This document shows positions 57,805 to 64,000 of a stretch of 64,000 bases of DNA, piece after piece. The stretch is from a virus. Location of the stretch: positions 19,421-83,420 of IMG/VR virus record IMGVR_UViG_3300042731_008413. One strand, written 5' to 3'. The translations under genes and the position numbers were made by a program. Positions within the stretch are counted from its first letter, which is position 1. Each line of letters opens with the position of its first letter. Under the pieces are notes generated by a model that had not been told where the DNA came from, did not search any database, and saw only the letters and a program-made list of their open reading frames with translations.

Positions 57805-58185
57805 ATGAAATCTTATCAAATTGGTCTTGATTTTTGTGTTGATTGTAGGCACGAAACGAGTGAAAGTGGTTATAGAGAATTTAGAAAAAGACATCCAGAA
57901 ACAATCGGGGAAGATTTAATTATCAATGGGGTCAGGATACCTACTCTAAAGTCTGAGAAGGAGTGGTCTCAGGAAGCCAGGGATAGTTGGAAGGAGATTA
58001 TTGTTATTCCGTTAAATAATTTACAAAAAGTTTATTGTTGTTTATTTAGCGTTGATTACGAACAAGTCCCGGTATGCGCCAAACATGTAATGGCGGCTGC
58101 AATTGATTTAGAGAAAGAACCATTGAGGGAGGAGATTGACAGGCTATCAAAGCAGATTTATGATGATACTGGGGTTATGGTATAG
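57805..58185 (+). CDS. Hypothetical protein
   Basis: CxxC and CxxH; operon context. Confidence 0.55.
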   Translation: MKSYQIGLDFCVDCRHETSESGYREFRKRHPETIGEDLIINGVRIPTLKSEKEWSQEARDSWKEIIVIPLNNLQKVYCCLFSVDYEQVPVCAKHVMAAAIDLEKEPLREEIDRLSKQIYDDTGVMV

Positions 58186-58338
58186 ATGTGCAATCATTGT
58201 CTAGCCCATCGCGAATTTCTCGATGCTCTGGATGATCTGATGGGTGTTGATTTTCAGGTGACGCCCCATCAAAATCATCAAGCAAAACCCCGTGTTTGGC
58301 GAGGCAAAAAATAGCGTTGTAAAGGATATTTGGAAAAA

Positions 58339-58593
58339 ATGAGACAAATCTACAATGAATTACTGAGAGCGCAACAAGCCATTGGCAACAATTGCTCGAT
58401 TCGGGTTGAGTTAGGGGCCGCAATATGTCATCATCCGAACATCGTGGTAACTTGCTACTGGCCTGATGTTCCTGGCGGGCTGGCTTACCGCTTGAGTTTT
58501 ACTTACGAAGTCATCGACGAGTCCTACGGCAACTCGTTGCAGCTTTTTGTAGAGAGGGCGAAGGCTGCTTACAAGGATCACAAAAATGGCTGA
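58339..58593 (+). CDS. Hypothetical protein
   Basis: Operon context. Confidence 0.5.
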   Translation: MRQIYNELLRAQQAIGNNCSIRVELGAAICHHPNIVVTCYWPDVPGGLAYRLSFTYEVIDESYGNSLQLFVERAKAAYKDHKNG

Positions 58594-58777
58594 CATCCCC
58601 GAATCCACCAATAAAAAGTTTCAGGTCATCATCCTGACGTTGAGTGATGGCCGCAAGGTCAGGGCCACGGTGCCGGCGTTTTGTGAGGAGGGTGACAGGC
58701 TGAGTATCGTTGATTTTCAGGTAACGCCCCCGGAGGAGTTGCCGGCTGATGCCAGGTGGGGGAAGTTGTTCGACTGA
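58586..58777 (+). CDS. Hypothetical protein
   Basis: Coupled ORF with AAGGA RBS. Confidence 0.5.
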   Translation: MADIPESTNKKFQVIILTLSDGRKVRATVPAFCEEGDRLSIVDFQVTPPEELPADARWGKLFD

Positions 58778-58913
58778 TGGACTACCTGATATTGATGGCT
58801 ACCAGCTTTGTCGCGGGTGTTTTGTTGGGCTATTATCGGGGCAGGGCCAATGGGATGTTGGCCGGGCGGAAGGCGAGTGGGAGATCGTTGGTCAAGAACT
58901 TGTTGGAGGACAA

Positions 58914-59273
58914 ATGAGCTTCGAGGTCGTTAAGCAGGTTTTTAAGGGAGAATCTGGTAGTATTTCGTTTGAGTACCGGGGCCCCGGTACTGCGATCTTT
59001 ATGCTTTTTAATGACTCTGGAGGGTCCTGCTACTATCCATTGAACAAGGACAGGACTGAACGTTTGGTTGAGGGATTGATGGTTGGATTCTTCCAGGCTA
59101 ATCTTGCTCACAGGGCGATGATCCAGATTACGACCCGGTTGCCTTATATCGAGATCGAGGGGTGGGATGTCTATTACCCCGAGCAAAAGAAGAGGGCCGT
59201 GTTTTTGGTTTCGGATGTTAGGCTAGTGATCGAGACGTTACAGAATTATTTGGTTTGGCAGAGAGATGAATGA
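58914..59273 (+). CDS. Hypothetical protein
   Basis: GGAGG RBS before ATG 58914 (MSFEVVK). Confidence 0.55.
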   Translation: MSFEVVKQVFKGESGSISFEYRGPGTAIFMLFNDSGGSCYYPLNKDRTERLVEGLMVGFFQANLAHRAMIQITTRLPYIEIEGWDVYYPEQKKRAVFLVSDVRLVIETLQNYLVWQRDE

Positions 59274-59602
59274 TGCAACGAATAGGTAATCATATTATTT
59301 TTGATATAGATGATATGCCCATAAAAGTTATGGTGTGTCATCGTTGTTTGTACGAGGATGATATTAAAGTGGATATTGAGGGTTGCGGTATTTGCTTTCG
59401 TTGTGGGTGTGGTGGCTGGAACACGGACCTGCAGGCGGTAGAGCCAACAAAGATAGATTTTCGTAATCTTCTATTAGAAGCCTGGCGTTTGCAGGCCGAG
59501 AACAACAGGCTTCGTGAGGAGATCGATCCGTTTTTTATGGATGTTGAGATACCAACCTTCGAGCAAGCCAAAAGCCGGGTAGAAGGAGGAGAGATATGGT
59601 AG
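59270..59602 (+). CDS. Zn-ribbon hypothetical protein
   Basis: CHRC...CFRC. Confidence 0.55.
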   Translation: MMQRIGNHIIFDIDDMPIKVMVCHRCLYEDDIKVDIEGCGICFRCGCGGWNTDLQAVEPTKIDFRNLLLEAWRLQAENNRLREEIDPFFMDVEIPTFEQAKSRVEGGEIW

Positions 59603-59808
59603 CAAAACAGCAAAACAAGGAAGTGTCCGTACTGGACGAAAAGCCAATCCCGCTTGAGGCGTTTGGGGGGCAGCCTGGGAAGGTGACTATCTACCCTGAT
59701 GGAGACTTGAGTCGGGCGATTGTCGAGGATTTGGGGGGGATGGTGGTGGGCGTCGATCCGGGTAACCCGCGGGGGGATTGGGGGGTGATCGTTTGGATAA
59801 GATTATAA
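59596..59808 (+). CDS. Hypothetical protein
   Basis: Coupled ORF. Confidence 0.45.
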   Translation: MVAKQQNKEVSVLDEKPIPLEAFGGQPGKVTIYPDGDLSRAIVEDLGGMVVGVDPGNPRGDWGVIVWIRL

Positions 59809-59929
59809 AATCTGCCTTGTTGGGCGTGGCTGCTTTGGTGACTTTGATTGCTTTCTGGTCGAATTGGCGTTACCCTGGCGTTAGAAGAATCGTCTTTGAG
59901 GCAAATGGGGCATCTCAATGCTGATATTA

Positions 59930-60030
59930 TTGACTTTTGGTATCAAAGATGATATGATGGTGAGGACAGTGGTTTTCTCCTTTCCCTCAAGCCCCCATCG
60001 GCATTGCGGCCAACCGGTGGGGGCTTCTGC
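59930..60030 (+). ncRNA. Promoter plus putative ~65-nt anti-SD sRNA ending in a terminator
   Basis: TTGACT-17-TATGAT with TG; UUUUCUCCUUUCCCUC; hairpin AAGCCCCCATCGG/CCGGTGGGGGCTT. Confidence 0.45.
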
Positions 60031-61521
60031 TTAGAAGAGGCTGAGTTGTTCTTTGGCGACCTTTTTGGGTCGCTTTTTCTTTTTGATGTGGATGGGCTTG
60101 GGCAGGCAGAATCGGCTGGTCAGAAGCAGGTAGGCCAGGGAAGCGCAGGCTGGGACCTGGCCGTTACCTATGGCTTTTAGGCGACCAACTCGGTTGGGGA
60201 TGTCTGAGGCAACGCGGGGGATGGGGGGTTCGATGTACCACCAGGAAGCTCCCGAGAGAAGCCATTCGGCCACTCGTTCGGGAGGTAAGGGATCGAGGGA
60301 TGTCCAGCCTAAAGGCCAGTTCATTAACCATTCTACCCAGTCGGGGTTGAGTTGGCCGGAGACCTCATCTCTTTCACCATCATCGTCTATTATCCTTGTC
60401 GTCAATGATTGTTGTGTTCCTTTTTTGCCTGTGTCACGACGTTGGTAGCCAAGTCTGGGTTCATGGGAGTTGGGAGTAGGGTACGATTCGTTTTTGACAA
60501 CTTGTTCAGAGAGGGGGCGACTGTTGCGTTGGTGAGTCTCCTCGGAGGCTTTGCCAGACCGCCAGTCGCGGGAAGATGGGGTGGCCCAATCAACGGCTGT
60601 TCTGAGATTTAAGCCACCTTCTCGACCTGAGTTACCGGGGCCTCCCATCCCATCGGCTTTTGAGGGTGTAGGCCACAACCTTACCCCCAATACCTCTTCG
60701 GCTTCATCCTCTGATAATTCCCCGCCCGTGACCATCCGTTGGACCATTTCTCTGGAACCGGAGCCGCCCAGGAGGCCACGGGTTCGGGGGGAGGGCCAAT
60801 ATCTAATAAAGTCATGTAGGGTGGTGGTAACTTGGTTGCCGCTTCGTTTATCGTGGGGTTTTTTACCTGGTTGCCAGGGGTTACCATGACTATCAACTAG
60901 ATCGTCAGGGTCGGGAACATTTGATGTGAGCTTATTAGCCGTTGGCGTGGGCCACAACCCAGAGACGGTCCCTCTGGTGATTGCCGCCAATGGCCGACGC
61001 CGGTAGGCAGTCCCAGCGACAATCATACCCGCTCTGGGCCAGGTCCGCGAGTATGGTGCCATAGTACCCGACAGGGTTTTCTGCCCCGTTGTCCATTGAG
61101 CTGAGTAGGCCAGGGACGTTCTCAAGAAAGACCCAACGAGGTCTGATCTCGTTAATGAGGCGAATGGTGTGCGGCCAGCCGTTGCTGGGATCGTCCATTC
61201 CGCGGCGCTGGCCAGCGTTGGAGAAGGGCTGGCAAGGAAAACCTGCCGTAACCACCAGGCGGTTTCGATTTTTGCGGAGTTCCCGGATGAAGCGGCGGCA
61301 TTGATTATTTCGTTTCGTGAAGGATCGGATGTCGGTCCAGATCGGGGCGTCATCGAGCCAGCCGTCTTTGATCCGGGCTTTGAGGATCTGGATGGGGTAG
61401 GACTCGAACTCGACGTAACAGACCGTTCGCCAGTCGAGATGGTATTTGGTGCCGAGGACTCCGCCTCCGACCCCGGCGAACAGGGCGACTTCGTACAGAT
61501 TGGGTGGTAAATCCAACTCAT
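60031..61521 (-). CDS. C5 DNA methyltransferase C-terminal subunit (WPTP repeats, motifs IX-X), overlapping the N-terminal subunit in another frame
   Basis: Five W/YP(T/S)P-like repeats, LNPDWVEWLMNWPLGWT, RLKAIGNGQVP; ends QLSLF. Confidence 0.75.
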   Translation of the reverse strand: MSWIYHPICTKSPCSPGSEAESSAPNTISTGERSVTSSSSPTPSRSSKPGSKTAGSMTPRSGPTSDPSRNEIINAAASSGNSAKIETAWWLRQVFLASPSPTLASAAEWTIPATAGRTPFASLTRSDLVGSFLRTSLAYSAQWTTGQKTLSGTMAPYSRTWPRAGMIVAGTAYRRRPLAAITRGTVSGLWPTPTANKLTSNVPDPDDLVDSHGNPWQPGKKPHDKRSGNQVTTTLHDFIRYWPSPRTRGLLGGSGSREMVQRMVTGGELSEDEAEEVLGVRLWPTPSKADGMGGPGNSGREGGLNLRTAVDWATPSSRDWRSGKASEETHQRNSRPLSEQVVKNESYPTPNSHEPRLGYQRRDTGKKGTQQSLTTRIIDDDGERDEVSGQLNPDWVEWLMNWPLGWTSLDPLPPERVAEWLLSGASWWYIEPPIPRVASDIPNRVGRLKAIGNGQVPACASLAYLLLTSRFCLPKPIHIKKKKRPKKVAKEQLSLF

Positions 61522-61537
61522 GGTAGACTCCTGTCAT
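60935..61537 (-). CDS. C5 DNA cytosine methyltransferase N-terminal subunit (motifs I-VIII)
   Basis: LFAGVGG, AGFPCQPFS, LENVPG, HQRDRLWVVA. Confidence 0.88.
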   Translation of the reverse strand: MTGVYHELDLPPNLYEVALFAGVGGGVLGTKYHLDWRTVCYVEFESYPIQILKARIKDGWLDDAPIWTDIRSFTKRNNQCRRFIRELRKNRNRLVVTAGFPCQPFSNAGQRRGMDDPSNGWPHTIRLINEIRPRWVFLENVPGLLSSMDNGAENPVGYYGTILADLAQSGYDCRWDCLPASAIGGNHQRDRLWVVAHANG

Positions 61538-61562
61538 TTTTACCCTCTATTATACTGTAATA

Positions 61563-63119
61563 CTAGAACAGCGATAACTGCTGCTTGGCTACTTTGGTTT
61601 TCTTTTTCTTTTTGGACCTGGCCTGTTCCAAACTGGCTTCAGTCACGATGTTTTCAGCCAGGGGTGCAGCGTACCTGGAGAGGTATTCGGCTGACATATC
61701 CAGGCCGATGGCCCTGAGACCCAGGGACTTGGCGACCCGGACCGTGGTGCCGGAACCAATGAAGGGGTCAAGGACGATGCCGGGGGTCGAGGGGGCGTTG
61801 GTGCATCCTGAGCTTGTCGAAGGGCAGGCGCATTGGGGGAGACAACCGGTGGTTTCTGTTGTGCCGTCAATTCTGCCGGAGCCTGACATTCCTATTGTCC
61901 CTGATTTCTTTTCCCCTGCACCACCCTGTGCTTGATAAATGGCATCTGTTTTGGGGCAAGGCTTTGATGTGGCGGGTGTAGATTCCACTTGCCTCACCCA
62001 CGGGTCCCCACACTCACTACAAACCTTCTGAGGACACCCGGCAGCAATCAACGGGCGAATCAGGCGGTCGGGGTAGGTGGCAAAGTGACTGCCCTCGAAT
62101 TGGTTGGTCGAAGAGATGGAACCGAGGACTTTGCCGGCCTCATCGATGAGCAAGCCTTCGGAGCGACAGGCTTTCAGATGGTTTAGGTAGACTTCGTAAG
62201 TAGCGATCATATCATCCAGGGAATCGAAGAATGGGTCGGTGGTCCGATAGCGGCGGAGGGGTGGGGGTTTGCGGTTGGGGTTGGCTTCTCGTTCGGCCAG
62301 GAAGGAATGAGGGGCTTGCATTGGGGCTCCGTTAATCATCTTGTGGTCAGCAGAAAGACCCCTGGTTTCTCGGGCTATAGATTTGGGACTGGTAGGTAAC
62401 ATCGAGGCCACGTAATCCCAATAATATCGCTCCGATTTGGAACACATAATCATATATTCGTGAGAGAAGGTGGGGCGGTCTGTTGCCGAATTTGGAAGCC
62501 CGTTACTTTTGACCCACTCCCAATCCTGCCTCACCCACCAGCCATCCTCCTGGAGAGCAATGGCCAGGCGTTGAGGAATGAGGGCTTTGTCTTTGGGTTT
62601 GAGGTTTGGATGTTTCTTAACGGTCCCTCGCCCCTTGTCAGCGCGATAGCCGCCCCTGGAAGCGGATTGGGAGATGCCGGGGTTGGCGTGGTCGTGGGTG
62701 TGCGCCCCCCCAGACCCCATCCAGGTATCCCCCATATTGATGATGAGGGTTCCTTTGGGGTGCAAAACCCGCTTGACTTCTCGAAAGACTTCGACTAGAT
62801 GATCGACAAAAAGAAATGGGTCGGGTTCGTTGCCGAGTAAACCGCGCCAGGCCCCGCAATATTGGCAGAAAGCGCCGCTTTTTGCCCGGTTACCATCGGT
62901 TACAGCCGTGTTGCCAGACCACTTGGACTGGTTGACCTGACCACCTTTTTTGGGGGGTAGTTGGCTTCCCCAAACGTGCCGGCACCCCGGATCACCACCC
63001 CAAATTTCGGGGTCAAGACTGGAATAAAGCCTTAAACTCCAATAGGGAGGGCTGGTAATTGCAAAGTGAATCGAATTGTCTTTTAGGGGAATTCGTCGGG
63101 CTGAACTATGGGATAGCAT
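61563..63119 (-). CDS. N4C/N6A DNA methyltransferase (beta class) with Zn-ribbon insertions
   Basis: ITSPPY, HFATYP, VLDPFIGSGTT; ends QLSLF. Confidence 0.9.
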   Translation of the reverse strand: MLSHSSARRIPLKDNSIHFAITSPPYWSLRLYSSLDPEIWGGDPGCRHVWGSQLPPKKGGQVNQSKWSGNTAVTDGNRAKSGAFCQYCGAWRGLLGNEPDPFLFVDHLVEVFREVKRVLHPKGTLIINMGDTWMGSGGAHTHDHANPGISQSASRGGYRADKGRGTVKKHPNLKPKDKALIPQRLAIALQEDGWWVRQDWEWVKSNGLPNSATDRPTFSHEYMIMCSKSERYYWDYVASMLPTSPKSIARETRGLSADHKMINGAPMQAPHSFLAEREANPNRKPPPLRRYRTTDPFFDSLDDMIATYEVYLNHLKACRSEGLLIDEAGKVLGSISSTNQFEGSHFATYPDRLIRPLIAAGCPQKVCSECGDPWVRQVESTPATSKPCPKTDAIYQAQGGAGEKKSGTIGMSGSGRIDGTTETTGCLPQCACPSTSSGCTNAPSTPGIVLDPFIGSGTTVRVAKSLGLRAIGLDMSAEYLSRYAAPLAENIVTEASLEQARSKKKKKTKVAKQQLSLF

Positions 63120-63579
63120 TTTGAACTCCTATAACGGGAAAAGACGGTTTCTCTCCGGGTGAAGCCCGGACCATTACCGGTACCAGCTTTGTAATCAATT
63201 TTCCATTGCTCCTCAACCGGGCTATGGCCAGTTTGCCGTTGACCAGGTGAACACCCTCATTTTCACCTATGTATTCGTTGGCAATGGCAATCATCGTTTT
63301 ATGAAAACGACCTTTCAACTGGTCGGCTTCGCACAACAGGCTTTCCAGTCTCTTACTGATGCCACGAATATGTTTCTCAGCAACCGCTTTTTCGTGTCGA
63401 AGTGACCGATGCCGTGAAATTAATGCCTTGACCTCATCTTCGGTGCGAGATAGCTTGCCCTCTATAGCTTCTAACTTGGTTTTTTCATTACTTAGGTTAT
63501 TGTGGGTGGCATCGATGCTTTTGCTGAGTTTCTCCATTTGACTGATGAGTTGTTGAATTTCTAAAAATAGGTTAGACAT
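63106..63579 (-). CDS. Coiled-coil hypothetical protein
   Basis: GGAGG RBS; promoter TTGACA-17-TATACT at 63638-63610. Confidence 0.65.
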   Translation of the reverse strand: MSNLFLEIQQLISQMEKLSKSIDATHNNLSNEKTKLEAIEGKLSRTEDEVKALISRHRSLRHEKAVAEKHIRGISKRLESLLCEADQLKGRFHKTMIAIANEYIGENEGVHLVNGKLAIARLRSNGKLITKLVPVMVRASPGEKPSFPVIGVQNAIP

Positions 63580-63609
63580 TTTACCCTCCGCAAGTAAAAT
63601 ATTTACCTC

Positions 63610-63674
63610 AGTATAACCGATTAACTATAGTTTGTCAAGAGGGGGTTGACAAAATTTCTATTGTCGCTTATAAT
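63610..63674. promoter_or_regulatory. Back-to-back divergent sigma70 promoters
   Basis: Minus TTGACA-17-TATACT; plus TTGACA(63646)-17-TATAAT. Confidence 0.8.
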
Positions 63675-63704
63675 GATTGAGTAAATTATTTACTGAGGGG
63701 TGCT

Positions 63705-63980
63705 ATGAAACAAGTTAATCCGTCCTTTGGGCGAAAAGCGATTTTGCAGGAATATCAAATCAAATATGAGTGGCAGCGGCGGGAAGGATTGGGATTGCCG
63801 GTGCATTTGCTTGTTTATGAGGCTGTTATGTCTGGCAATTATCATAGTCAGGCTGAGGTAGCCGAAGCCTGCTTTTTGGACCAGAAGTATGCCGGCAAGA
63901 TTTTGAGCCAGCTTCGGGCTGCCGGGGTCATTGATAAAGTGTGGGTGGTTAAGGAGGATGAAGAGAATGTTGATCTTTGA
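63705..63980 (+). CDS. Winged helix-turn-helix protein
   Basis: SQAEVAEACFLDQKYAGKILSQLRAAGVI. Confidence 0.75.
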   Translation: MKQVNPSFGRKAILQEYQIKYEWQRREGLGLPVHLLVYEAVMSGNYHSQAEVAEACFLDQKYAGKILSQLRAAGVIDKVWVVKEDEENVDL

Positions 63981-64000
63981 TATCGAAACCGTTCCGAATA
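63967..64000 (+). CDS. N-terminus of a probable DEDD exonuclease (truncated by window end)
   Basis: MLIFDIETVPN. Confidence 0.55.
   Translation, partial: MLIFDIETVPN

Noticed and set aside
12081-63560. Other CTGATGA occurrences as hammerheads (e.g. 12081, 21074, 63542)
   Set aside because: Inside coding regions without correctly spaced GAAA and stems.
1-64000. tRNA/rRNA, terminase, portal, endolysin, cas1/cas2/cas6
   Set aside because: None recognised by eye; they may lie outside the window. tRNAscan and HMM searches were not run.

Overview
This window is most of a ~50% GC tailed-phage genome (siphovirus-type, probably a plasmid-like prophage). A Chloroflexota-like host is a weak inference. 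Layout: (1) 1-9.3 kb: glycan-modification cluster (SAM methyltransferase fragment, five glycosyltransferases, a sulfotransferase, a holin-like protein). The last glycosyltransferase carries an intein whose LAGLIDADG endonuclease lies in a nested +1 frame with its own promoter and RBS. (2) 9.3-11.55 kb: a putative anti-Shine-Dalgarno sRNA, then a TnpB gene whose omega-RNA-like 3' region runs straight into a 3-repeat type I-E-like CRISPR mini-array. Both spacers start with the same heptamer, and the module is bracketed by 33-bp direct-repeat hairpins. (3) 11.56-28.3 kb: lambda-like head genes (S49 protease/nested scaffold, decoration protein, gpE-like capsid) and tail genes, with a -1 frameshift chaperone and an inserted TadE-like pseudopilin. 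(4) 29.4-44.5 kb (minus strand): replication and modification genes (prim-pol, radical SAM, DnaB-like helicase, initiator with iterons, HNH, MTase, SLOG, ParB-like). (5) 44.8-47.5 kb: ParM/ParR, exonuclease, degenerate tyrosine recombinase. (6) 47.5-48.1 kb: two integron-type attC sites. (7) 48.3-56 kb: small early genes separated by a conserved hairpin+RBS element. (8) 56.9-64 kb: hammerhead ribozyme leader, small genes, and DNA methyltransferases, including a two-frame split C5-MTase. Several modification enzymes end in beta-clamp-binding motifs, and a 15-bp palindromic operator recurs seven times. No terminase, portal, endolysin, intact integrase or tRNA was recognised. All calls come from manual motif reading; no searches were run.
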